DNA from: a bacterium
GTDB lineage: Bacteria; Hinthialibacterota; Hinthialibacteria; Hinthialibacterales; Hinthialibacteraceae
Direction of reading: 5' to 3'
Length of the DNA stretch: 64,000 nt
Assembly (NCBI GenBank): GCA_963662285.2
Contig: CAXXMV010000002.1
Location: 1,344,001-1,408,000 of the forward strand
Shown here: positions 29,685 to 39,473 of the stretch, piece after piece
Numbering within the stretch: position 1 is the stretch's first letter
Layout of the letters: each line of letters opens with the position of its first letter
Notes under the pieces: generated by a model
The model's input: only the letters and a program-made list of their open reading frames with translations
The model's database searches: none
What the model was told of the DNA's origin: nothing
Program-made: the position numbers and the translations under genes

Positions 29685-30622
29685 GGAGATTCACAGGCTG
29701 CGCCATCTTGAGGTTTGAATCCCCTCAGAAAGGCGGCGGCTTTCATGGGCTTTTTACCTTCGGGCTGCAATTCAAGAATTTCTATTACACCATCGGCGGC
29801 AGAGACGCGGATGGTGTTGAATTCGGTTCCCAGTATTGTTCCCGGTTTTCCGGGGGATTCATGCAACACATCAGCCTTTAATATCTTCCAGCGTTTGCCT
29901 TCAAAGATAGTGAATGCTCCGGGGATGGGAGTAATGCCCCGGATGTGATCATTTATTTGCTGCACTGAACGGTTCCAGTTTATCTGAGCATCTTCGTTTT
30001 TGATCATGGGCGCCATAGTGGCTTCTTCGTCGTTCTGCACGATGCGGGGAGCGACGCCCGCCTTGATATCGATCAACGAACGGACAATCAGGTCACCGCC
30101 TTTTTGCGAAAGACGGTCGGACATGGTTCCATAATTATCGTCGCTGAGAATCGGTTCTTCTTCCTGATAGATGATATCTCCGTCATCCCAGCCGTCCGCC
30201 AGATACATGGTTGAATTGCCGGTAACCGCATCGCCATTCATGATAGCCCACTGCATGGGCGCCGCGCCGCGGTACTTGGGCAAGAGCGACGGGTGCAGGT
30301 TAACGCATCCCATAGGCGTTAAATCTCGCACGGGAGTTGGAATGAAACCGCCGTAAGCGACTACCACCATGACGTCGGCATTTCGTTCACTGAGCCAATC
30401 AACCACTTCCGGTTTTTTGAGCGACGCAGGTTGATATATTTCCAAACCCATCTCCAAAGCGGCATTTTTAATGGGAGGCGCTTGCAGTTTCTTGCCGCGT
30501 CCGGCGGGACGGTCAGGCCGGGTTACCACGCCGACCAAGTCAATCTCCGGGGCGTTATGCAGCGCGTGCAGCGTGGGCAGGGCGAATTGGGGCGTGCCGA
30601 AAAAGATGGTTCTAATAGACAT
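29681..30622 (-). CDS. fmt: Methionyl-tRNA formyltransferase
   Basis: FFGTPQFA, TRPDRPAGRG, VVAYG, NLHPSLLPKYRGAAP, QPEGKKPM. Confidence 0.95.
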   Translation of the reverse strand: MSIRTIFFGTPQFALPTLHALHNAPEIDLVGVVTRPDRPAGRGKKLQAPPIKNAALEMGLEIYQPASLKKPEVVDWLSERNADVMVVVAYGGFIPTPVRDLTPMGCVNLHPSLLPKYRGAAPMQWAIMNGDAVTGNSTMYLADGWDDGDIIYQEEEPILSDDNYGTMSDRLSQKGGDLIVRSLIDIKAGVAPRIVQNDEEATMAPMIKNEDAQINWNRSVQQINDHIRGITPIPGAFTIFEGKRWKILKADVLHESPGKPGTILGTEFNTIRVSAADGVIEILELQPEGKKPMKAAAFLRGFKPQDGAACESP

Positions 30623-30721
30623 ATATATATTACCTAAGATTTATGAAATCAGTTTTACTTTAGTGCATTAATTACCCATAAATATAAATTATATTTTGTG
30701 GATTGAGGATTAGGCAATATC

Positions 30722-30909
30722 GGGTGGCAAGGGCAGCGTATTGTCTGCCCTTGATTGAGTTCACCTCAAATATTTCCATAGTTTTTATCAAGAATCCACG
30801 TTGAAAGCAGAATCAAATCAAAACAATTGGGCTTGTGAATGAATTAAGGTTCATTTTGTTTTTCCAAGTTTTTCAGTCAAGGGCAGAAAGGACGCTGCCC
30901 TTGCCACCC
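30722..30909. repeat. REP doublet / MITE-like 188-bp element with 37-bp inverted ends (family D)
   Basis: 30722-30758 and the reverse complement of 30873-30909 match at 33/37; each end is itself a CAAGGGCAG..CTGCCCTTG hairpin. Confidence 0.8.
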
Positions 30910-31129
30910 TTATTGCGTAATTCATCACAATGATTTATCACTCTAAATCCTATCATTATACCATTATAGGTTAATATGATTGGTTTGAGAATAAATGCAT
31001 GACATATCGCGCCTGATAAGATAAGGCCAATTATAAAGGTCGTATAAATCAATAAATACATATCGAAAATATTATTCTTTCATGGTAACATGAATAATCC
31101 AGATAAATCCTTTGAACGGGGTAAGAACC

Positions 31130-32431
31130 ATGACTACCGAAAATCGACGTAGTTTTATAAAGAAAGCATCATTGATTCCTGCGGCGTCTCTCATCAGTCC
31201 AACTGTGATGGGCGCGAATGACCGCATCAACCTGGCGCTGATCGGCGGACAAAATCGCGGCTGGCAGGTAATCGAGGAAGCATTGAAGTGCGGCGCCAAT
31301 GTCAAGACCTTCTGCGATATCGATGAAGCAATTCAAAAGAAGATTGGCTATCAAATATCTAAAAAACAAGACAAAGCGCCTACCCTGTGCAACCGCTATG
31401 AGGATGTCTTGAGCGATAAGGATATCGACGCGGTGGTTATCGCCACGCCGGATCACTGGCACGCCCGTCAAACCATCCATGCCTGTCAGGCGGGTAAGGA
31501 TGTCTATATAGAGAAACCTCTCTCCAAAACTATCGAAGAAGGCCAGCTGATGCGCAAGGCGGCGCGTAAGCATAACCGCATCGTGCAGGTCGGTCTGCAA
31601 CGCCGCAGCACGCAGTATTGCGAAACCGCCGCTGAATACGTCGCGAATGGAAAACTTGGTAAGTTATGCGAAATCAAAGCCTGGATGTGTCAGGTGCGCG
31701 GTTCTATCGGCAACCCGGCAGATGAATCTGTTCCTGAAGGCGTTGATTATGACCGCTGGCTGGGATGCGCTCCCAAGCGGCCTTTCAACCCCATGCGCTT
31801 CCACTATAACTGGCGCTTTTTCTGGGATTATTGCAACAGCGAGCAGGGCAACCAGGGCGTTCATATGCTGGATATCTGTATGAAAACCATTCAGAAAATG
31901 CGCGGCGTGGATAATTGCCTGCCCACTCATGTATCTAATAATTCCGGCATCTATTGGCTGGATGATATGAAAGAGGTTCCCGATACCCAGGTCGCTACCT
32001 ATGATTTCAGCGATTTCATGCTGGTCTGGGAACTGCGCAGCTACGCTAAACACCGCCCGGTAGAGGGCAGCACGGCGGGCATAGGGTTCTATGGTTCCGA
32101 CGCATCGCTGATCGTTAATTTCAGCAAGAAAAACTGGACCGTATTCAAAAAAGATGGTACAGAGGAGACCAGCGAGTCCGACAAAACCGGCGGAGAAACC
32201 TTCCTCCACATGACCAATTTCCTGGATTGCATCAAGACCCGTAAACAACCTCACGCCGACATCGAATTGGGAAGGCTCAGCACCACCATCTGCCACCTGG
32301 GCAACATATCGCACCACCTAAAACGGGATATCCAATTCGATCCCAAAACCGAAACCTTCGGTATAGATCAAGAAGCCAACGCTTTGTTGACCAAAGATTA
32401 CCGTGAGCCTTATGGGTTGCCGGTGGTTTAG
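31130..32431 (+). CDS. Gfo/Idh/MocA-family oxidoreductase with Tat signal
   Basis: NRRSFIK twin-arginine motif, IATPDHWH, YIEKPL, QVGLQRR, NWRFFWDY. Confidence 0.92.
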   Translation: MTTENRRSFIKKASLIPAASLISPTVMGANDRINLALIGGQNRGWQVIEEALKCGANVKTFCDIDEAIQKKIGYQISKKQDKAPTLCNRYEDVLSDKDIDAVVIATPDHWHARQTIHACQAGKDVYIEKPLSKTIEEGQLMRKAARKHNRIVQVGLQRRSTQYCETAAEYVANGKLGKLCEIKAWMCQVRGSIGNPADESVPEGVDYDRWLGCAPKRPFNPMRFHYNWRFFWDYCNSEQGNQGVHMLDICMKTIQKMRGVDNCLPTHVSNNSGIYWLDDMKEVPDTQVATYDFSDFMLVWELRSYAKHRPVEGSTAGIGFYGSDASLIVNFSKKNWTVFKKDGTEETSESDKTGGETFLHMTNFLDCIKTRKQPHADIELGRLSTTICHLGNISHHLKRDIQFDPKTETFGIDQEANALLTKDYREPYGLPVV

Positions 32432-32628
32432 GGAGTGTTTCGGAATAACGTTCTGATTGGTGGTTGGGAAAGGCCAGAAATGATTGGCTTTTCCCCCAAA
32501 AAAATGCGATAATAAACGGATGCTTGTTTGACAACCGCTCTGATGAGAGAAAGGAGGCATGAAATGATTAAGGTGTAATCTTTATGTATATCATGAAGAT
32601 TACAACAAATTTATAAGGAGGTGACTAT

Positions 32629-33048
32629 ATGTCATCGAAAAATACTAAAAGAGTCTTGTATAGCGTTGTAGGTTTAATCATGCTGTCATTGGCTGTATTT
32701 TCTGTTACATCAACCGAATTGGACGGTTTTGAGATTACGATTGATGTGGCGCCGAATGTACTTAATCTTCTGAATCAGGGGCAGGTTGTAACGGTGCATA
32801 CCGATATTGCTTATAGTACGGTTCAGGCCTCAACGGTGTATCTGAATGGCGTCGCTATCAGTAGTTGGAAATCCGATCTGCGCGGCAATTTCGTAGCGAA
32901 GTTTCTAATGGAAGAGATTAAAGACCTGCCATTAGTGATTGATGATTACAACACGCTCACATTCGTTGGAATCACAACTGCGAACGAATTATTTTACGGG
33001 TCTCAAGATATTCTCGTGATAAACAATGACAGTGGTACGAAAAAATAA
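32629..33048 (+). CDS. Small secreted hypothetical protein (beta-rich)
   Basis: Perfect AAGGAGGTGA SD; N-terminal signal peptide; IDVAPNVLNL motif. Confidence 0.75.
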   Translation: MSSKNTKRVLYSVVGLIMLSLAVFSVTSTELDGFEITIDVAPNVLNLLNQGQVVTVHTDIAYSTVQASTVYLNGVAISSWKSDLRGNFVAKFLMEEIKDLPLVIDDYNTLTFVGITTANELFYGSQDILVINNDSGTKK

Positions 33049-33194
33049 GTAACTGATTAATATTTATTGGTTTCATGTTCTATGCGTAATATTATTAATA
33101 ATCTGAAGAGTTAGCCCATAATTACTAATTAGGCGTTTTTGAAATTAAATGATTTGCGAGGCCTATGGCTCAAACGAGCCATTATATAAAGTAT

Positions 33195-33228
33195 AAAGAG
33201 ACCTGAGAAATATTTCTCAGGTCTCTTT
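33195..33228. terminator. Perfect 34-bp palindrome, probable terminator
   Basis: AAAGAGACCTGAGAAAT-ATTTCTCAGGTCTCTTT. Confidence 0.6.
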
Positions 33229-33465
33229 GCTGTTCATGAGTAAGGGCGGATTTAGAAAAACCAGTTCAAACAATCTTGCCTCTAGCCAAAACGGCAATAC
33301 TCCCACAAGCATCATCAGATTCGACGATGTTTTTCGCTTATTGAGATCGATTATTCTTTTTGAGCGTTTGACCAGATATCATTCATTATCACGTTTGATT
33401 TACATGAGAATATCTGATAATGTATGGGCATTGAATGGATAATCAATTTTCAGGTGAAAATATAT

Positions 33466-36400
33466 ATGTATCTTCTACGCTTAATCATCCTGCTTTGTTT
33501 TAGCGCCTTATTCGTTTTGCAGTTGTCCCCGTGTTATGCGGATATCGGTTTGGATAGCATCTACTTGAGCGATCTTAGCAGTGAAGCAAGTCTCAAAAGC
33601 CATCAGGGATGGGGTCTCTTAGGCGTCAATTCGGCGGCTGGCGCTCCAGGTGGGACGCGTTTCAGCCCGATGCGTATAGGAGAAACTGTATATGACAAAG
33701 GTATGGGGCATCATGCTAACGGTGTAATTACAGTTCCACTGCATGGCGAATACCTATGTTTTGAAGCCATAATAGGATTGCAGTGGCAGGGCGGCGGCAA
33801 AGGTAGCGTGGTTTTTCAGGTTTTTGTAGATGGCGGCAAAGCGTTTGAGAGCGAAGTGATGAGCGACAGTGATGCGGCGGCGCCCGTTCGCGTCTCGCTT
33901 TCAGGCGCACAGGAATTGCGCCTGGTTGCTAATGATAACAAGGACGGCATCGCCTGCGATATGGCGAATTGGGCCGAAGCGCGTCTGACCCGCGATCCCC
34001 GACAGCCTCATTTCGATCCAACTTCTATAATTCTTAATGGTGAAGCCGCTCCTTCGCCCAGTTTGCCAGTTGGCGGATTTTCACTCATTGCCGGGATTAA
34101 TGGGCCACAGGTCGCGGTGATGGAACCTGAAAATGCATTGCTGGCTTGTGTTGGTAATGATGAGACTATTGATGTGGTTATCCCTATACGCAATGCACAG
34201 GAATCGATTACAGTCACAGCCGAGGCCATGCTTGATTACGGGGAATCTGCCAGCGTCTCTTTGCATATCGGTGATAAGGTTGTATGCAAAAAAATACTCA
34301 AAGATGAAGTATTGAAATTGGAGGTCTCTTCTGAAACAAAATCCGATGTTCAGCATCTTGCTTTGCGTACAACCGCAAGTCGGGGGGATAGCAGCGTACG
34401 TTGGCGAAATCTTCAGTACAACATTAAAGGCAAGCGGATTGATATTCCTTTTAAGTTTCCAATTACTGAGGAAGCGCTTCCATTGCCTGAACTCTCCTAT
34501 CTGCATCCAGCAGTTGAACAAGCACTGATTGAGTGGGATTGGAAAATGCAGGATGGCATCGGGACGGACCGGAATCCCGGTTCTTGGGTAGAAGCCATTG
34601 AACAGATTGTACAACGCGGCGATTTATTAATTGACGACCTAAATGATAAAGAGATATCTCTTGAATCCCTGACGACCGAATGGAAGCAGTTGCGTAGCGA
34701 ATGGCGCCAAATGATGGCGTCGAATAACAATGATGAAAACCGGTGGGAAAATTTATGGAAGCGGATGCATAAAGTTCGCCGCCAGATCGTATTCAGCAAC
34801 CCATTAGCGGATATGGGGCCGCTGTTATTTGTGAAACAGGCGCCGGGGAATTCCAGTCATCAGTTAACCCAGTATTACGGCGCCCATTCACGTCCCGGAG
34901 GCGGTATTTTTGCGCTAGATCGACCGGGAGAATCAATGCGCTGCCAGCCTTTGACGGCTACGAACCTTCCGATGGGCAGCGTTCAATTCGCCGATATTTC
35001 ATACGATGGCAAGAAGATACTTTTCTCATACTGCCCGGTTGACAAGGATTACAAAAGCCGCCCACGGATATTCAACCGTTACTATCATATATACGAAATG
35101 AATGCCGATGGATCGGGGCTTAGACAATTGACGGACGGAGACTATGACGATTTTGCTCCGCGCTATTTGCCCGATGGAAAACTGATTTTCATCTCGACGC
35201 GCCGGGGCGGTTTTCACCGTTGCGGACGTGGGCCGTGTCCGGTTTATACTCTTTGCAACGCCGAAGAGGACGGTTCCGATATCCGCGTTATCTCTTTTCA
35301 CGAAACCCATGAATGGGATCCATCGGTTCTGAATGATGGACGCGTGATATATACGCGATGGGATTACGTCGACCGCCATGCGGTGCATTATCAGCAATTG
35401 TGGACTGTTCGACCGGATGGCAGCGACGTGCGAATTTATTATGGCAATAATACATTGAATCCTATCGGGATATGGGAAGCCAAATCCATTCCCGGTTCAG
35501 ATAAAGTGATAGCCACTGCAGCGGCGCATCACGCCATGACGGCGGGTTCCATAATACTTCTTGATGTCAATCATGGGATCGACGGCCTGAACCCCATCAC
35601 CCGTTTGACGCCTGACGCTCTTTTCCCGGAGAGTGAAACTCCCGTCATTCAATGGTCTGCGCCAGTGGGCGTAAAAAATAAACCAGTTACGCCGCCGGAA
35701 GCCCAAAGGTGGCCGGGGCACTGTTACCGTACTCCACATCCGCTATCGGAAAAGTATTTTCTGGCCGCTTACAGTTATGATGCTTTGATTGGTGAACCGA
35801 ATATGAATCATGCCAATATGTTCGGGCTTTATTTTATGGATGCTTACGGGAATAAAGAATTGCTTTACCGGGATTTGAATATAGCCAGCCTCTGGCCGGT
35901 TCCACTACGTCCAAGGAAACGCCCGTTCGTCATACCATCAATTGCAGCCGATACTGATGAAAAAGAAGGAACTTTTTCCATACAGAACGTTTATGAAAGC
36001 TGGCCGTCGTTACCTGATAGCGTGAAAATCAAACAGATACGGGTTTCGCAAGTGCTTCCCAAATCGACGCCGCATATCAATGATCCGATGGTTGGCCTGG
36101 CCAATGCGTCGCCAGGGAAGCAGGTTTTAGGAACGGTACCCGTTGAAGCAGACGGTTCTGCGTATTTCCGCGCCCCGTCAGGCATCCCACTCTCTTTTCA
36201 GGCGCTTGATGAACGGGGAATGGCGGTTCAGGTTATGCGCAGTTTGATCTATCTGCAACCGGGAGAAACCAGAGCCTGTATCGGATGCCATGAGCCTTAT
36301 TCTAAATCTCCGGATTTACAACGGATGCCTAAGGCTCTGGCCCGGAAACCATCGATTATTCAAGCCGGTCCGGACGGATCTAATCCGTTCAGTTACCCGA

Positions 36401-36795
36401 TACTGGTTCAACCTGTTTTAGACAAACACTGCATCCAGTGCCATAGCCAGAATAAATCTGGCGAAAGAATACTATTATCAGGGAATCCTGCAAAAAATTA
36501 CACGGAGTCGTATCTATCGCTTGCGCCCCGCGTTCCCTACTCTGCCTGGGGAGGAGGGAATTTTCAGAAAACAAATAGCGAACCCATGTCTCAACCGGAT
36601 TATTTCGGGGCGCGCGGCAGTAAGTTGATGAGTATGTTGTTAGCGGGGCATCATAAAGTGAATCTTTCACAAAATGATATCGAACGGCTGGCTACGTGGA
36701 TGGATACCAACGCGCTTTTTTATGGGACATTTAATCCAACCGATCAGAAACGTCAACAACAAGGGCAACGTATCGCGGGGCCGGGATTAGAGTGA
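33466..36795 (+). CDS. Secreted NPCBM-domain / beta-propeller / hydrazine synthase alpha-middle-like protein with two CxxCH motifs
   Basis: Signal peptide; NPCBM-like KGMGHHA...GSVVFQVFVDG...ANWAEARL; TolB-like repeats (LRQLTDG, YTRWDYVDR); GTVPVEADGSAYF, FQALDERG; CIGCH and CIQCH. Confidence 0.85.
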   Translation: MYLLRLIILLCFSALFVLQLSPCYADIGLDSIYLSDLSSEASLKSHQGWGLLGVNSAAGAPGGTRFSPMRIGETVYDKGMGHHANGVITVPLHGEYLCFEAIIGLQWQGGGKGSVVFQVFVDGGKAFESEVMSDSDAAAPVRVSLSGAQELRLVANDNKDGIACDMANWAEARLTRDPRQPHFDPTSIILNGEAAPSPSLPVGGFSLIAGINGPQVAVMEPENALLACVGNDETIDVVIPIRNAQESITVTAEAMLDYGESASVSLHIGDKVVCKKILKDEVLKLEVSSETKSDVQHLALRTTASRGDSSVRWRNLQYNIKGKRIDIPFKFPITEEALPLPELSYLHPAVEQALIEWDWKMQDGIGTDRNPGSWVEAIEQIVQRGDLLIDDLNDKEISLESLTTEWKQLRSEWRQMMASNNNDENRWENLWKRMHKVRRQIVFSNPLADMGPLLFVKQAPGNSSHQLTQYYGAHSRPGGGIFALDRPGESMRCQPLTATNLPMGSVQFADISYDGKKILFSYCPVDKDYKSRPRIFNRYYHIYEMNADGSGLRQLTDGDYDDFAPRYLPDGKLIFISTRRGGFHRCGRGPCPVYTLCNAEEDGSDIRVISFHETHEWDPSVLNDGRVIYTRWDYVDRHAVHYQQLWTVRPDGSDVRIYYGNNTLNPIGIWEAKSIPGSDKVIATAAAHHAMTAGSIILLDVNHGIDGLNPITRLTPDALFPESETPVIQWSAPVGVKNKPVTPPEAQRWPGHCYRTPHPLSEKYFLAAYSYDALIGEPNMNHANMFGLYFMDAYGNKELLYRDLNIASLWPVPLRPRKRPFVIPSIAADTDEKEGTFSIQNVYESWPSLPDSVKIKQIRVSQVLPKSTPHINDPMVGLANASPGKQVLGTVPVEADGSAYFRAPSGIPLSFQALDERGMAVQVMRSLIYLQPGETRACIGCHEPYSKSPDLQRMPKALARKPSIIQAGPDGSNPFSYPILVQPVLDKHCIQCHSQNKSGERILLSGNPAKNYTESYLSLAPRVPYSAWGGGNFQKTNSEPMSQPDYFGARGSKLMSMLLAGHHKVNLSQNDIERLATWMDTNALFYGTFNPTDQKRQQQGQRIAGPGLE

Positions 36796-36817
36796 TATGG
36801 GGTGGCTTGTTCTTTTA

Positions 36818-37027
<210 letters not shown>

Positions 37028-37344
37028 TTACATAAGTCTAGAATAGACAGTATATAGAAGAAGGTTTTGGTCTGGTTTCTTTAGGTCTTACTAATGAACT
37101 TTATTTGAGTTATATTACAAAAATATCGTATCATACATAATTGTCATAACGTTTAGAATTATTGATTTATCATTGCATTCATTATTTATATTGTAAATAT
37201 AAGACATAGCCGGGATTACATAGACTTCAACGTACTGATGTAGTAAATCTATTGTGGATTCGCATTCTCCTGTGTGGAAGAATGGGCGGACTCCTCTAAT
37301 TGGATTGATGCATTGGACGTGATTATATATTCCCGGAGAATGTT

Positions 37345-38658
37345 ATGAAAAAACTGTCATGGTATTATTTAAGCGTATTGGGATTGATAGCCTTTCCCCT
37401 ATCCTCATGGGCCAGTGAAGCAGAAAAAATCGATTCGGGCGCCACGGCCTGGATGCTAACCTCCACCGCATTCGTCCTACTTATGATTCCCGGTTTAGCC
37501 ATGTTCTATGGTGGTCTGGTGCGTACCAAGAACGTTATCAGCACGATGATGCATAGTTATGTCTGCCTGGCCATCATCGGCGTCCTTTGGGTGGTGGTGG
37601 GATATTCCCTCTGTTTTGGGAAAAGCGTTGCGGGGGGATTTATTGGATGGAATTGGGATTACTTTTTCCTAAATGGAATTGATGATGTGATTTCTAATCA
37701 TGTTCCTGAATATGTACTGGCGATGTTCCAGGGTAAATTCGCCATTATCGCCCCCGCTTTAATCTCTGGGGCTTTGGCCGAACGGGTTTATTTCAGGGGA
37801 TATTGTTTGTTCATAACTTTATGGTTTTTATTGGTTTACTGTCCTCTATGCCATTGGGTCTGGGCTTCTGATGGATGGTTATTCAACGCCGGAGTCATTG
37901 ATCTGGCTGGCGGGCTGGTGATTCACGTTTCCGCTGGTTTCAGCGCTCTGGTTGTAGCAATATTCCTGGGAAAACGAATGGGATATCCCGAAACGGCGGT
38001 TAATCCTAACAACTATGTAATGACCATGATGGGCGCTGGATTATTGTGGGTCGGTTGGTTTGGATTTAATGCGGGATCAACCGTGCAAAGCGGTCTCGAA
38101 ACGGCCCGCGCTCTGACCATGACTCAGGTCTCCGCCGCCAGTGGAGCGCTGACCTGGATGATGATCGAGGCGATCATGTTCAAAAAAGCGACGTCTCTGG
38201 GTTTTGTTTCCGGCATCCTGGCCGGACTGGTTTCCATCACTCCCGCCGCAGGCGTGGTTCAACCCTATGGCGCCATTATCATTGGATCGCTTTCCTCCAT
38301 TACATGTTACCTCGCCCTTAAAGCGAAGAATCATTTTGGATACGACGATAGTTTGGATTGTTTTGGCATACACGGTGTGGGGAGCGGTTTGGGCGTTTTG
38401 CTTCTATCATTCTTTATACGGAAATCGTGGATCGAAGCCGCAATTGCGTCATCCGGTTCCTGGTCTGTGTGGCATCAATTAACTATCCAACTCATGGGAA
38501 TGTGCGCAACCATCGCGCTGGCTTGTAGTGCAACTCTGATAATATGCATTGTTGTCGAGAAGACTTTAGGCTTCCGGGTGGATCCAGAAACCGAAATCAA
38601 CGGGCTTGATCACTCTCTACACGGAGAACACGGGTATGGTTTACTTGGCCCGCGTTAG
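37345..38658 (+). CDS. amtB: Ammonium transporter
   Basis: PGLAMFYGGLV, FQGKFA, HWVW, DLAGGLVIH, WFGFNAGS, DDSLDCFGIHG. Confidence 0.96.
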   Translation: MKKLSWYYLSVLGLIAFPLSSWASEAEKIDSGATAWMLTSTAFVLLMIPGLAMFYGGLVRTKNVISTMMHSYVCLAIIGVLWVVVGYSLCFGKSVAGGFIGWNWDYFFLNGIDDVISNHVPEYVLAMFQGKFAIIAPALISGALAERVYFRGYCLFITLWFLLVYCPLCHWVWASDGWLFNAGVIDLAGGLVIHVSAGFSALVVAIFLGKRMGYPETAVNPNNYVMTMMGAGLLWVGWFGFNAGSTVQSGLETARALTMTQVSAASGALTWMMIEAIMFKKATSLGFVSGILAGLVSITPAAGVVQPYGAIIIGSLSSITCYLALKAKNHFGYDDSLDCFGIHGVGSGLGVLLLSFFIRKSWIEAAIASSGSWSVWHQLTIQLMGMCATIALACSATLIICIVVEKTLGFRVDPETEINGLDHSLHGEHGYGLLGPR

Positions 38659-38695
38659 GCGCACTTGAAAAATGCTCTTTCATTATTTGAATAAT

Positions 38696-38736
38696 TGGAT
38701 GGCGTTAGCCTTATCACGCCATCCAGTTTTGTCTTT
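38696..38736 (+). terminator. Intrinsic terminator after amtB
   Basis: TGGATGGCGT..ACGCCATCCA hairpin followed by a T-rich tail. Confidence 0.65.
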
Positions 38737-38879
38737 TATCAACTTTTTGATGACTTATCATATAATGACCAAGATATTATTTTTTAAAGTCGATAAATTC
38801 GGGTAATCAATCCTATATTTCTGCGTTTATATCTGATAGATAAAGACTCAGTGAAAATCGGAGTTAATTGAGGTTAAAC

Positions 38880-39326
38880 ATGGAAAATCAGAAAATCATC
38901 TACCGCCCGGCAAATATAGAAGAAATCATAGACCTGAGACAGGAAATTATAATCAAAGGAACAGGCCGCGACTCGCCATATTTTGATGGCGATCATGACG
39001 CAACCACCCTGCACTTCGGGGCTTTTATCGATCAGAAGAATATTGGTTGCCTGACCTATATGCTCAATTCATGGCAGGAAAAACCAGCCCGGCAGCTGCG
39101 GGGCATGGCCAGCGCCGCGGAACTTCAAGGCAGTGGAGTCGGCAAACTGCTGCTCCAGACCGCCGAATCATACATAAAACAAAACTCTGACATCAAACAA
39201 CTATGGTGCAACGCCCGCAAAATAGCTGTCGGATTCTACCAAAAACAAGGCTGGCAAATAGCCTCGGAAGAATTCGACATCCCCGGAGTAGGCCCGCACT
39301 ATAAAATGAGCAAAACCATTGAGTAG
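38880..39326 (+). CDS. GNAT-family N-acetyltransferase
   Basis: QLRGMA, QGSGVG acetyl-CoA motif, WCNAR, AVGFYQKQG, GPH. Confidence 0.9.
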   Translation: MENQKIIYRPANIEEIIDLRQEIIIKGTGRDSPYFDGDHDATTLHFGAFIDQKNIGCLTYMLNSWQEKPARQLRGMASAAELQGSGVGKLLLQTAESYIKQNSDIKQLWCNARKIAVGFYQKQGWQIASEEFDIPGVGPHYKMSKTIE

Positions 39327-39473
39327 GTATGACACTCGTAGGCTATAGAAAAGGCGCGGGCGCCAAGGGCAAGACCGCAATGCGTCCAGCCCTTGATGCA
39401 ATCACTTATGATTTAATAAGCATAAAGTAAACCGGATGGGCTAAATAGCCCGCCAAAACCTCAGAATTACAAT

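Noticed and set aside
28086-30622. Arn-like lipid A modification pair (formyltransferase plus ArnT-like protein)
   Set aside because: The formyltransferase has canonical Met-tRNA Fmt motifs and no ArnA dehydrogenase domain; no other arn genes are present.
30873-31061. 62-aa minus-strand ORF; also 33227-33442 and 52273-52482
   Set aside because: No SD or motif; they lie in AT-rich intergenic DNA or run into a repeat or terminator.
32525-32580. CTGATGA/GAAA and AACCGC words suggesting a hammerhead ribozyme or fluoride riboswitch
   Set aside because: The required flanking stems and pseudoknot cannot be formed.
33466-36795. Anammox hydrazine synthase
   Set aside because: No hzsB/hzsC or hydrazine dehydrogenase nearby, and the protein carries an NPCBM domain; only domain-level similarity.
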